Of a stretch of DNA of 64,000 nt, positions 1 through 12,505 are shown piece by piece (positions within the stretch are counted from its first letter, which is position 1; every line of letters begins with the position of its first letter). The notes under the pieces were generated by a model. The model saw only the letters and a list, made by a program, of their open reading frames with translations, was not told the DNA's origin and made no database searches. The stretch comes from Octopus sinensis (taxonomy: Eukaryota), in the NCBI RefSeq assembly GCF_006345805.1, contig NC_043001.1, forward strand, positions 134,230,001-134,294,000, in the 5' to 3' direction. The translations under genes were made by a program, and so were the position numbers.

Positions 1-315
1 GATTAAAAAGTAAAGGGGGGGAAAATGGTTTAAGGCAAAGAATGCTAAAATCATCCAGCTTCCATTAACCAGAAATGTTTCTAGGAATGTCTATGAAGGG
101 AACGATTAGGTTCAAAAGTTCAGACTGTGATCTTAAAACCAGCCAGAATTTTAATTAGTGTCTGCGGTAGTATGTTTTTATTTCAAAACAGGTGTCAGGA
201 AGTTCTTCATTGAAATTCATATCATCCATGTTTACAGGTAAACATTTACTCAGCATTGTAGAATGGTGATAAGATCAAGGAAAGTGAAGCTTGCATCACT
301 GGTTCAATTCCTCAT

Positions 316-531
316 TTAACCATTTCACTTCCATTTAGCATTTAAACTGGCCATCTCCTACCCTAAATACTCAGCTTGTTTTATGTTCAAAGGGACCAGA
401 TCATCCCTACCACACCTATCCTACAATGTCATTCTAAAAATAAGCAATTACATCATTGAAATCTTGAAGCTACAAGATAATTCATGATTAATTCAAAGCA
501 ATGTAAATAATAAGCCTTCATTTGATAGAGA
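316..531 (+). mobile_element. Degraded copy of piggyBac-like MITE family 1
   Basis: Aligns by eye to 23306-23536 (gcatttaaactggcc...gctacaagataat..catgatt); termini eroded. Confidence 0.6.
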
Positions 532-534
532 AAT

Positions 535-870
535 CATCATCATCATCATCATTTAACGTCTGTTTTCCATGCTAGTATTGGTTGGACTGTTTGACTGAGG
601 TCTGGAAAGCTAGTGGTTGCACCAGGCTCCAATCTGATCTGGCAATGTTTCTACAGCTGGGTGCCCTTCCTAATGCCAACAACTCACAGAATGTAGTGGG
701 TGACAGGAGCCAGTCAAGCAACCCTGGCATTGATCATGTTCGGATAGTGCTTTTTATGTGCCACCGGCATGGTAGCCAGTCAGTGGGTATTGGCATCGAC
801 CACATTCAGATGGTACTTTTTATGTGCCACCAGCATGAGAGCCAAAGGGTTAGCTATAGCATGTCTAGGC
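535..870 (-). mobile_element. RTE LINE 3'-UTR remnant, diverged
   Basis: (CAT)n tail followed by ttaacgtctgttttccatgctag; homologous to 13813-14390. Confidence 0.8.
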
Positions 871-973
871 AATAACAACTTGATTAGAATTTGAAGTAGG
901 GATAGTAAAACAGATCATCGTAAATGGAATGTCTTTGATGTTAGATCTGTTTTACAGAGACAGAGCTGGGACT

Positions 974-1079
974 AAACAGTAACAACAAGAATATTAATAA
1001 AAAAAAAATTCTTGATTCTAAAGTTGAAACAGTAACAACAAGAATATTAATAAAAAAAAAATTCTTGATTCTAAAGTTG
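974..1079. repeat. 53-bp tandem duplication (2 copies)
   Basis: aaacagtaacaacaagaatattaataaaaaaaaaattcttgattctaaagttg occurs at 974 and 1027. Confidence 0.9.
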
Positions 1080-2054
1080 ATACAGTTGAAAACTAATATC
1101 CTTTTATTTTGTCATCAACATAGCAAAGACTTCACCATACATGCCAAATAATTGAAGATAGACTGAGACATGCCATCTGCATGAAATAACAACAGTTGAG
1201 AGTTCACATATTCAATACAGTAAATAGTTTTAAAACTAGCTAGCAATAATTGTCTCACTAAGATAATTAAAACTTACTGAAATATTTACAATATTAGTAA
1301 TTGATGAAAATATTTTTTCTTCACTATGTAATTATTTTTAGCTAGATTTTTAATGTTTTCTGTATTAAATTTTACTAATATCAGCTTCAGTATTGTTTTT
1401 CGTGCAGATCATAGAAGCAGGAATGGCTCAGTCCCACATGTGTGGCACCTTGGGAAGATATCATGGATGAATTTGGTCAACAGAAGCTAATAAAAAATGC
1501 CCATTATACAGTTGTAATTGTTGGAATAAATATTTTCTGCCAAAACAATTCATTGAAGGAAAGTCAACACAAAATGGGAACTTTGGCATAGCTACTTGAC
1601 CTGCTAGAAATACTTGGTCAGTGTAGTTCCTGGTATATAAAATGATAGAATAATCATGGTTGGAATGCCCTTGACATCAGACTGATCACTCTAGACACCA
1701 GGGCTGACCTAGGGCTAATTAACATCAATGTCAACTGTTCATGATAAATTTTAGCCATGGAAACAGAATGTACGCAATATTAGAAACAATACTGGAGTAT
1801 GTGGAGCAGACATTTTGTTGTCAGAGAAGTAGATAAGTAATTGAGGTACTCAAAGTAACGAGGCAGTTGGAGTATACAACAGGATAATTCATCCAAGACC
1901 AGGAAATATGGCAACAACAGTGTCCTTTGCATTTTTACTATAATCCAGACTGAATGATGAAGCAAGACAGACAGTTTTTATGAGGCTCTTTGCTGGATAT
2001 GTCAGTGGCAGATGATTGCAACCTAATTAACATGACACATTACTTCAATGGATA

Positions 2055-2412
2055 ATAATAATAATAATAATAATAATAAAACATTGTGTACAGTGCTCAG
2101 GTGCACTACAACTCATCTAAAGTGTATATATAATCAGGTGTAGTTTCGGCGGATTTCGGAAAGCATGAGGGCCTTAAAGGATGCAGTGTCATGGCAGTCA
2201 ACAACTGACGCAGGCAGTTTATTCCATGCTTCAGCAACTCTGAGCGTGAAAAAATGTTTTCGAAAGTCATGGGAGCTGTGTTGTTTTCTGACTTTGTAGG
2301 CATGTCCACGTGTGTTAGACACATGGAGATCAAAAAGGTGTTCAGTGCTTTTGTTGGTGAGGTAGTTGTTAACTTTGTGGGTGTTTACCAAGTCCGTCGC
2401 CAGACGCCGGCA
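2055..2412 (-). mobile_element. 5'-truncated CR1-group LINE 3' end with (ATT)n tail
   Basis: ORF 2134-2391 has TRGHAYKVRK...RKHFFTLRVAEAWNKLPASVV...FK, the typical CR1 ORF2 C-terminus. Near-identical copies at 19.7 kb and 34.9 kb. Confidence 0.85.
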
Positions 2413-2559
2413 ATAATCCAGACTGAATGATGAAGCAAGACACAGTTTTTATGAGGCTCTTTGCAGGATATGTCAGTGGCAGATGATAGCAACCTAATTA
2501 ACATGACACATTACTTCAATGGATATTCTTGGCAAAATCAGGATGGCTACTCCTGCATG

Positions 2560-4108
2560 CATAGAGGTTAGGAATAAAGTACAAGGAATAAGGAGAGGTC
2601 ATTAGGGATGTGTGGTACATGACATAACCATTTACAACACTAACTTCAGGAAACTGGTCACCCTCTGATCACTTATTGATCAAGTGAACACAAAAATCAG
2701 AAAGATCAATATTCTCTAGATTGTCAGGAATACTATGTATTTTCCTAGTAAAAAAGGTATCGCCCAGCATAGATTTAGATGATGTTATGAAAATAATGGG
2801 AAGAGTCTAAACACAATTGATTAGGAAGAGAATTATTTTAGATGAGATGCAGTTTGGATCTGTTCTGGGTCAGAGTACTACAGATACTCTCCTCCTGGTG
2901 AGATAACTGCAGAAGTTATAAGCTAAGATCTTAGCTACATAACATTTATTGAGCTGGATAAGGCTTTGTGATCTTTAAAAAAAACTAGGAATTGTAAGGG
3001 TCATGCAAGCCATGTACAAAGATGTTTTTAGCAAAGTAAGAGCTGAAAATGAGATCAGTAAGGAATTTAGTGGGCAAGGCTTGGTTTTCAGCCTGCTTCA
3101 ATTTATTGTAGTCCTCTAGGCCATAACAGAAGAGTTTAAGACCTGTTGTCCATGAGAACTCCTACACGCTGGTGACCTAGCATTCACAGTGGAGTCTGTG
3201 AAAGATTTAGAAAAGGAATTTCCTGATGTGGAAACAAAACCTGGAATTAAGAAGCTTCAGCGAGTAGGAAAGAAGACTGGACTCTACCATCATCAGGAAA
3301 ATGGCCAAGCTCAATTTGCTGATATAGAATAGGAAGAAATTGCATATGGTGTACTTAGTGTGATCCACAGGCACACAAGAGGTGTACTGGAATCAAAGCC
3401 TAGCTGACAGTGAATAAAGACTTTGTGTGTGGCAGATATACACATGTAGTGAACAGTCAGAACACTAGTATAAAAATTATTTCCAGTCATTGGAAGGTGC
3501 CATAAAAGTATATGGTAATTAGTTACTTAGGTGACATAATCAGCAGTGGAGGTGAGGACTTTGAAAGTATAGTTGACAGAATAAGAACATTCTGAAAGCT
3601 GCTAAATCTATTGGCAGCAAAGGTATTCTTTCTTCAAGTGAAAGGTAAATCATTTGATGCTTGTGTATGAAGTGTAATGTTGCATGGTAGTGAAACAGGG
3701 GCATTGAATGCAGAGAATGTGAAAATGCACAAGAGAAATGAAGCAAGCTGGCTCAGCTGCATGTGCAATGTTAGTGTATAAGAAAGATGGAACACAAATG
3801 AGTTAAAAGAAAAATTGAGTACAGGCAGAGTTAGATGTCAGGTGCAAGATGAGAAATATGAGCTGGTAGAGACATTTGATGCACATGGATGATAACCAAT
3901 GGGTAAAGAAATGCCAGAATATCTAAATGGAAGGAAACTGTTGAAGAGAGAGACCTAGGAAGACATGGGATGAAGTGATGAAGACTTATCAGAAGAAGCT
4001 AAACCTCACAAAGATGATAGAGAATTGCAACTAGTAGAAGATACTGTATTGGAAAAAAAATCTATCCACCCAATGCAAGCACAAAAAAAAGTAGTCATAA
4101 TAATGATG
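2560..4108 (+). mobile_element. Heavily decayed RTE-clade LINE (RT region to 3' tail)
   Basis: Relic motifs EFKT.CP.ELL.A.DL (3133-3180) and LHGSET.A (~3680), ending in ccaatgcaagcac...taatgatgat; many stops and frameshifts. Confidence 0.65.
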
Positions 4109-4612
4109 ATATCTGTATAGATATATGCAGTGTAATACTTATGTAAAATTTCTTGCTTTGGGCCATATCACAGTGATTACAGTAGAGTTTGAAATTAGAA
4201 ACTTTATATCCTACCTCATCCACTACAAACCAGTGAAGAAGCTATTCATTGCATTTAACAAGTTGTAGGACTTTAATGAAAATAAATGAGATTGTGTGAG
4301 GTTCATGTTTTTCTTGAAGACAAAAGCATGAATTTTGCAAATTTCAAGAGAAGTGATAAGGTAATGGGATGTTCAGGGGCCTTTTTCAAAATCTATAGTC
4401 AATTAAATTGACCTCTGTATATTACTGATATTTAGTTTGTTAATTTCAAGAGAACAAAATATGGCTGGATTTTAAATTCAGCAGGATACATCTGAATACT
4501 GTAAAAATATATCATCAAGCAGTTGTCACATTTGGTTCTTTTTAGGTTCATTTCTTGAAAATTTTGTAATATCAACCACATTGTTAATTACTGAAAAGCA
4601 TTTTATAAATTT

Positions 4613-4880
4613 TGGGAGCAGTTATTTATCAAAGCTAGATACAAACTATTTAATATAGGAACAGATTATAAGGAAGTAGCTATTAAAGACACCCACAGAT
4701 TATATGGAAGCAGCTATTATCAAAGACAGGTACAGACTATATGAGAGCAGGTATTTATTAAAGATAGCTATAGATTACTGCATGGGAACAGCAATTTCTT
4801 AAAGATGCCTACAGACTACACATGATCAGCAATTTATCAAAGATAGGTACAAAGTATGTATGACAGGTACAGACTATATA
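4613..4880. repeat. Degenerate ~33-35 bp minisatellite
   Basis: Recurrent agcag.tattt.tcaaagatag.tacagacta unit, about 7 eroded copies. Confidence 0.6.
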
Positions 4881-5223
4881 ATAGCCTTGTATTTCTTGTT
4901 GAGCTTGAATGAATGTAAATTTTCTTTAAATATATGCAGCACAAAAACAAAGTTTATTTTCCAAAGCATATAAATTCTGGTGCCCAAGCTATGACATTTT
5001 TCAGAAGGGAAATTATTGCCTTCTTTTCACTCAGCATAACAAGACCTACTTTTGATAGTAATAGATCTAACAGTGTTAGATCTATTACTAAAATTAACAG
5101 ACCTAATGTGGTTAATATGAATATCAGAGTGAGTGACATAAGTTCAGTTGGAGATTCCTGCCATCTTACAGACTTGGAGTGTCATAAAACTGCAACCACC
5201 TTTCTTTTCTATATAATTTATAT

Positions 5224-5436
5224 CAGTGGTTCTCAAACATTTTTTGCCTATGGACTCCTTGATTCATATTTAACTCTACTCGTCCATAGACATTTGATGT
5301 TTAAATTATATTTTCATAATCAAATATTATTAGGAATGTATAAAAAAATTGTGGAAATATTTTGTGTATTGTAAAAGTATAACCAAATCTTCTGTGGATT
5401 TCCAAGGACCATGTGGAACCTGGTTGAGAACCAATG
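5224..5436. mobile_element. hAT (Charlie-like) MITE
   Basis: TIRs cagtggttctcaa / ttgagaaccaatg; perfect 8-bp TSD atttatat (5216-5223, 5437-5444). Confidence 0.85.
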
Positions 5437-6225
5437 ATTTATATCATTAGTTATATTAGTTACATATTGAAACTATGTCCTTCCTTTTTTACAGACTGTA
5501 GAATGTTATTTGAGGGAGATTTGGCTGCTGTTTCTAGCAGGTCAAGCCACCATGTAGTTCTTTCCTTGGCCTCATCAATATGGTAAAGTGATCAGATTGA
5601 TATCAAAATAAAGAAATAAAAGGCCACAAATTATATGGCAAAAAGAAATATCTAATTAAACTGACCTTAGTATATAACAAATGCTATTAGTACTATGTTT
5701 TCACCAATCTACGAAGAGAAGGTAATACTGACTCAATTAGGTTTTTTAATGGATGAGGAAATAGCGTTTTGAGATAGATACGTTCCAATCTGTGTTAATG
5801 TAAGGGAGATAACCGTGTTCGATTAAAAAATTTTCTAAGGGAAACAACTCTTCCTATGAAATTTCATATCATTTTGTAACCGACAGATTTATTTCGAGTA
5901 ACCTTGATACCAGTCATATACATTTCCCTTCACTAAAGTTTTGGTAAACCGAAAAAAAGACAGGACTCTATTGCATCAGGGACATAAATACCTTTCTGCT
6001 TCAAATACAAAGGAATATGTAGAAATTATATACGATGTACCCAGTGTAACTATGGACAAACTAAAGGTGTAGTGGGATAACAGACAGAGTGACAGAGAAT
6101 AATGGCTTTGTATGTAACAGATGTACAGGCGTTGTTAGCAGTTGAAATAGTAGCAAAATATATCATATTACTATTTTCCCCCAAAGAACCTATAGCTATT
6201 GTAATAAGTTCATGTGTTTCTATCC

Positions 6226-6385
6226 GGCAGAGACGTTAGCACACCGGACAAAATGCCAAGCATACGTTCTGAGTTCAAATTCTGCCAAGATTAGCTTTGC
6301 TTTCATCCTTTTGGGGGGGGGGCATAAAATAAGTACCAGATGAACATTGGGTCGATGTAATCGACTAACCTCTGCCCCCAAAACT
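6226..6385 (+). mobile_element. tRNA-derived SINE family A, degraded
   Basis: ggcagagacgttagc...gagttcaaattc...tttcatcctttt...aagtacca shared with 36812-37040. Confidence 0.7.
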
Positions 6386-6455
6386 TATTTTAAAATAAAC
6401 TATTATTATTATTATAAAAGAAATCATCACCATCCTCATTATTATTATTATTATT

Positions 6456-7008
6456 GAGTGAGAGAGCAGTGCATGCCATCAAAGTGACACTGGGGTAAAA
6501 TATACGAAGCCCAATATACCCATCATGACTACCCGTCTGATAAAGGTACACCAGGCACATGCATCACAACCATATGTGCGCGACATGGTGATCTCATATC
6601 AAGATAAACAGCACATGACCTTGCAGGTGGGGCCCAGTTAGAATTTTCTTCAGGTTGAGTAGCCCATCCCGCTCAAAAGGTCCCTGAATAAGGGTTGTTT
6701 AAGGATGTTGAAAGAACCACCCATGTTTCCAGAGGTGAATTATTCAAACCCCAAGAATCCCTCTCAACACATGGCTATGATGCTCCCCCACTACTTCTGC
6801 TCGTGATCAGAGATGCACATATCGTCAGCCACTAAGGGACATGCTCAACTGGTTAAGGTCAAACAACTGACAAGCAAATCTGTGGTATTGAGCAGAATAT
6901 TTTCTGTAGCCCATCTTTTATACCAAGACAAAACAATGTACATGATAACACTTCCAGTCAGTTAAGATCAGAAGCCATGAGAGCCACTGCCTGGTACTGC
7001 ATCAGGGC

Positions 7009-7009
<1 letters not shown>
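6456..7009 (-). mobile_element. Unclassified ~555-bp interspersed element embedded in (TAA)n
   Basis: GC-richer block with sharp edges, flanked on both sides by (TTA)n tracts (6438-6455, 7010-7057). Single copy in this window, so repeat status and strand are inferred. Confidence 0.4.
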
Positions 7010-7057
<48 letters not shown>

Positions 7058-7059
<2 letters not shown>

Positions 7060-7272
7060 GGTGGTGAGCTGGCAGAATCGTTAGCAGCCTGAACGAAATT
7101 CTTCACTGTATTTCGCCCATCTCTACATTCAGAGTTCAAATTCCACCAAGGTCAACTTTGCCTTTCATCTTTTCAGGGTCGATAAGCTAAGTACCAGTGA
7201 AACACTGGGGTCAATATTATCGACTAGTCTCCTCCCCCAAAAATTCCAGGCCTTGTGCCTATAGTAGAAAGG
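7058..7272 (+). mobile_element. tRNA-derived SINE family A, alternative 3' tail (ggccttgtgcctatagtagaaaggattatt)
   Basis: Head ggtggtgagctggcagaatcgttagc, B-box-like gagttcaaattcc, central tttcatc..ggggtcgataa..aagtaccag. Confidence 0.8.
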
Positions 7273-7299
7273 ATTATTATCTATTATGAAAGACTCTCA

Positions 7300-8520
7300 G
7301 ATAATTCTTAATTACTGGTTATTCTTTACTTGAAAGCAGGCAACAACAAATCACCAAAGGTTTCAAATAGTGCCTTCTCATGTGAGTCAAAGAGACAATA
7401 CTCTCCTTGAATACGAGCTGTACCCAACAATGCTGTCTTCTGGATCATCTCGAGCCTGACAGCAACTCCAATATTCTTAATATGTTTTTCAAAGCCCTTG
7501 GAAACTGCTCCTAATGCCCCAATTACCACCGGTATCACCATTATTTTCCTCATGCCCCATAACTTACCTAATTCGTCCTGCAGTAGCTGGTATTTCTCAG
7601 TCTTTTCTGTTTCCATACATTTCACCCTTGAATCACCTGGTATTGCAACATCTATTATCTTTACTTCTTTTTCATCTTTAGGGATGAGAATATCTGGTTG
7701 TCTCGCTTCTATGACTTGGTCGCACTGCATGTTAAAATCTCACTGTATTTTGTAATGTTCATTTTCCATTACTCCCTCTGGCTTGTGTTTCATACCATTG
7801 TTCGGCTCTTTCGAGGTTTGCTTTACCGCGCAACAGCCAGTGGACATATCTGGCCACATTGTCATGCCGCCTTTTATAATTCACACTGTGCAAGCTTACA
7901 GCACTCACTAACAATATGGCTTATACGTTCTCCCTTCAGAGCACATCCTACACTGTAGTGAATCAGTGCTTTTATCAATGTGATATTTGGAGTAGTTTGT
8001 TTTGAGAGCTTGTTCTTTAACGCTGCACACTAATGCCTCAGTGGCTCCTTTTAAGTCTCCTTTCTGCAGCCATTGCCAGGTTCTATTCAAATCAGTCTCT
8101 TCCTTATTCTTCAAGTATTGACTGTGCATTTTCTTGTCCTGCCAAATTTTCTTCATCTGCTCTCACTGGTCTTTCTTAAATTGTATTGGATCTACAGCTT
8201 TGTTCAGTTTTAAGGTTCCCTGCATTGTCACTGCTTCAATCACTTTTTTACTCTCCTTGACAAACCAAGCCAGGCTATTCTCCTCAACCCTTACACAACC
8301 TTCACAACACACAAATACCCTCCTCCCTCCCTCCTCTTTATATACAATCTTGACGCATCACTCTTGGGGTGTAGTTCTTTGTTTATTGTCATCATTGTCA
8401 TTAATTTACGTGTTCTCCAGTCTATCAATTGCAGCATGGAAGGTGTTTATAAGCCATTTAAAACACACAAAAACCGTTAGATTCACTTCAATGGTAGATT
8501 GTGGGCTGTTGCTTTGATGA
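7300..8520 (-). mobile_element. R4/Dong-type non-LTR retrotransposon fragment (post-RT region, zinc knuckle, restriction-like endonuclease), pseudogenised
   Basis: Translations give LHPKSDASRLYIKRGGR, CRMC...ECCKLAQ, and RQPDILI...IIDVAIP.D......EKTEKYQ.L..EL..LW...VIPVVIGALG (PD..D..EK.Y RLE motif). Confidence 0.85.
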
Positions 8521-9339
8521 GATATGGGGCAGGAATAGAATCTTTGAAAAAGCATGAATTACAACAGATCTAAGATCAATGCTATTCCAGCTGTGATCAT
8601 CTCATCTGTTTGTCATATGCAATGTACCTTGATCTCCATTATCCAATGTATCCATTTATTTTAAATAGTAGTGTGTGGCTTGCGATACATTTAGCTGCTA
8701 TTTCCTGCAGGTTCAACAACAACATAGAGAATTCTTTAAACACATATTTGGGGTGTCCTGACAGGAAATTTCCTCATTTCTAATGTGTATAACATGCTAC
8801 CTAATATAATACACTGTTATGAAAAATACACCACCATATAAAACACACTTCAAGATTGTTGGCTCAAATTGTCTTGTAAACCTAAAATACTCTATTTCAT
8901 GTTCCAGTGTGCGCACACGCAACGTCATTCTTCAGTGTGCGTGTGCAGGGTTGGAACCTTCTGGAAAGGCATAAGGAAGTTCCCTCATGCACATGCGCTA
9001 GAGACTGAAGAATAAATTCTATAGCGTTCCTTAATAGCGTTCGGGGACTTGAGACACGGCGATAGAAGAGAAAGGACGTATTTTCATACGTGTGATCAGC
9101 ATATTCTCCTGTCCCAGACGCTTAGGATTTAACCTGTTCTATTAATGCTGAATTGTTGTAAGAATGGATACCAGTATACCATTGTGTTTCATTGTTGAAT
9201 AAGAGAATAAAGAATTGTATATATTTCTAAACTTGCGTTTCGTTCCTGACTGGTAGTTTCTAGAAACAAAAAGAAAGGAAATTATGTTGCACCCAAGTTG
9301 CACCCCAAAAGTGTAAAGAAGCAACCAGTTCCCTTTACA

Positions 9340-9535
9340 GAATCATTAGCATGCCAGGCAAGATGCTTAATGGCATTTCATCGGTCTTTACATTCAGAGT
9401 TCAAATTCTGCCAAGGTCAACTTTGCTTTTCATCTTTTCAGGGTCAGTAAAATAAAGTACCAGTTGTGCACTGGAGTTAATGTAATCAACTTACCCACTT
9501 GCCTAAAATTACTGGCCTTGTGCCAGAATTTGAAA
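9340..9535 (+). mobile_element. SINE family A, degraded
   Basis: gttcaaattctgccaaggtcaactttgcttttcatcttttcaggg...aagtaccag. Confidence 0.7.
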
Positions 9536-10119
9536 CCAATATTTCCTCCTCTTCACCATCATCATCAGCAGCAGCAGCAGCAATGTTTAATGTCCACCTT
9601 TCCATGCTTTCACAGGTCAGATATAATTTACCATGCAGATTTACTAAGGCTGGATGCCCTTCCTGTTGCTTACCCTCACCTGTCTCTAAACAAGGTAATA
9701 TTTCCCCATGGTCAGGCATATTTTTGAAGAATATTAGAAATGAACAACACTGCTTGTATGACAGAGACACTCATTTACAACTAGCATTTCATGTCAAGAC
9801 AAGGAGACACCACATATATACAAATATTTACACTGTGTGTGTGTATATATATACATACACACACACATATAACAGTCCTCTTTCAGTTTTCATTTACCAA
9901 ATCCACTAACAAGATTCTGGTCATCCCAGGGCTATAGAAGAAGATACTTGGTATGATGCTACACAATGGGACTGAACCTGAAACCATATGGTTGTGAAGC
10001 AAACTTCTTAACCATGCAGCCATGCCCAAATCTGTAGCCACAGTTGCACCTTATAAATATATTGATATATGATATCAATATATTGAAACCAATTGAGAGA
10101 ACACTAAATTAAGTGACTC

Positions 10120-10540
10120 ATGTTGGTGCCATATTAAAAGCACTGGTGCTGATGACACAGAAAAAGCACCCAGTACACTCTGTAGCAGTGCTTTTCAATC
10201 TTTTTGCTGGAGCGGAACCCCAAGGAAACATTCCACTGGCTCGGGGAACCCCTGTGCAATAATTTAATAGTCTTCTGCACAGGAGAATTAAAAATTACTG
10301 CCAATTTTAGCAGTTTTGTAACTTCTTGCGGAACCCCTGGACTGTACTGGCGGAACCCTGGTTGAAAACCACTGCTCTGTAGAGTGGTTGGCATTAGGAA
10401 GGGCATCCAACCATAGCAACCATGCCAGAACAGACAAAGGAGCCTGGTGTGGTCCTTGGTCTTACCAGCCCCAGTTAAACCATCCAACCCATGCCAGTAT
10501 GGAAAACAGGCATTAAGTAGTAGTGGTGGTGATGATGATC
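10120..10540 (+). mobile_element. RTE 3'-UTR remnant interrupted by a hAT MITE
   Basis: aaaagcacccagtacactctgtag|MITE|ctctgtagagtggttggcattaggaagggcatcc...ccatgccagtatggaaaac. Confidence 0.75.
10186..10374. mobile_element. hAT (Charlie-like) MITE
   Basis: TIRs cagtgcttttcaa / ttgaaaaccactg; perfect 8-bp TSD ctctgtag (10178-10185, 10375-10382). Confidence 0.9.
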
Positions 10541-10572
10541 TAAAAAATGAAAAATAAAGTTTTATTACATTA

Positions 10573-12505
10573 CTAGCAAATGCACTTGTCCTTTGGACAG
10601 TGTAATTTATTATAATGGTGCACTCCTGTGGACAGTTAAGTTGAATTAGCCAGCAGTTAGAAGTTGTTTCAAGTTGATAAATGTAAAATGTGTAATTACA
10701 TTTTCGTTAGCTGTTTATGATATGGTATTAAGCAACTTAGGTAATGAATAAAGTTTTTTGAACACAAATTTAGCAGTAAGTAATAAATGAAAGTCCATGA
10801 AATGAGGTCACAATTGCAGTAGGCATTAGGGATCCTATATCTTACCTGAAGCATTTTGTATCATGTAGTTCTTTTTCTCATAATGCTTGACACAACCACA
10901 TTGAAGCTTTTTTTCAATGAAAGTCATGTATGATAAAGAAAAGCAAACATTTATAGCAAACACACAAATAGGATAATGGTATGTACAAAAATAAATATCA
11001 GAGCATGCTTATGAGCATCCATGAAGTAAGAAGGGTCATTGATGATAATGTATTGATAACAGCAATCAGGAAAATGAAGCAAAATATCGATGAAATGCTT
11101 GCAGGAAGTCTGATTGCTAACAGCTACAGTTTGGCGTAGATGTGAAGACTGCAGTAGAGGAATAACCTACTGTAGGGCTGCTTTGTAGATGACATTTTTG
11201 GTTTTTCCTTCAGGAGGATAGATAAATAAGTTGTCTGGATGACCAACTGTGGAACAACAGACTTAGAACTATCCATGTGAAAAGAACAATGTTTGAAGGT
11301 CCAATCCAACAACTTTCAGCAACTGAGTTTGCGCTTTGTTAACTGTCATGGTGAAGCTGAGTTTAAGAGGGAACTGAAGTTTTGCATAGGATAGGGGTAG
11401 TATGTTGGGGTTAGTGAAATTTTCGTAATGAAATCAGTATCATTTTTGGTATGTCCCATGATAATTTGGGCTTCAGTGACATGGTTCATCATTTGTTTGA
11501 CCACAAGGCAAGTTCCATTGCATAGTGTTGGTGCATTTAGATTGTGTAGGAGGATGAGAGGGCAACCAACTTTTAAGTGAAGTTCATGGGAAGGGAGTCT
11601 TGGAGTATCTTGGGAGTTAAGAAATTCTGTTGGAAAGTGTGTAACCTGATCAAGGTCAGTTACAGCATCAACTAATCTGTAACAGCGTTCTTCAGATAAG
11701 AGTGTTGACAGCTGCATTTGTAGGTGCAAGAACAACCCTGCCACAAAGCCAATCTGGTTTTATGTATTCCATTGTAAGATTTGGGTAAATGGCAGAACAT
11801 AAGTCATCAGGGCTGGAGACAGTGTGGCCAATGGTGGTAGTGTCAATGTATCCATTGCTGTTGGATGTAATTTGTCCATTGCTGATTTTAAGGAGCATTT
11901 TCAAAAACTGGATTGTAGGCTGGCCAGTCTGTAGAAGTGATCTCATGTTGATGGTGAGTTGTTTTGATTGGACATGCGACTAAAGGAGAGTTTTTAAGGC
12001 AGGTATTAAGTTCATCAGCAGGTGTTCCTTTGGGGATAATAGGCAGAGTTTGTCAAAAATCTCCAGCAAGAAACAGAGTTGCACCTCCAATGATGTTGTT
12101 GTTCAATCTAAGGTCTCCCATTGTGATATCAAGTGCTTGTACAGAACATTTAGGGGACATAGTTGCTTCATCCAAAACAATGATTTTGCACTTTTTCAAA
12201 ATTGTCGCTTCGTCTAAGGATTGCATTATGTGGTACATGGGGTTTTCTTGATGTGTTACATTGAAAGGCAATTTGAAGGTAGAGTGTGCTGTTTGTCTGC
12301 CGTCAAGAAGAGTTAAGGCTATTCCTGAGGAGGCAACAGCAATAGCAAGGTCACCATTATGCCGCAACTTCACAAGAAGATGATTCAGGAGGAATTTTTT
12401 TCCAGTTTTACCTGGTGCATCTAAGAAGCTGATTCCAACCGTATGTGTTCCCACAAAATATACAAATGTAAGGAAGACAATCAATTTCTGAATGTTACTT
12501 CGCAA
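10573..12505 (-). mobile_element. Decayed Helitron: PIF1-family helicase pseudogene plus canonical 3' terminus
   Basis: Helicase motifs DAPGKTGKKFL, ASSGIA, DEATM, AGDF, VLAPTN, LKVGCPLILLHNL..LCNGT are spread over ORFs 12053-12505, 11692-11946 and 11346-11744 with stops/frameshifts. The minus strand ends cactgtcc-aaa-ggacaagtg hairpin...CTAG|T at 10573. Confidence 0.85.

Noticed and set aside
4934-5374. 146-aa plus-strand ORF
   Set aside because: It reads through a hAT MITE with TSDs and has no recognisable domain.
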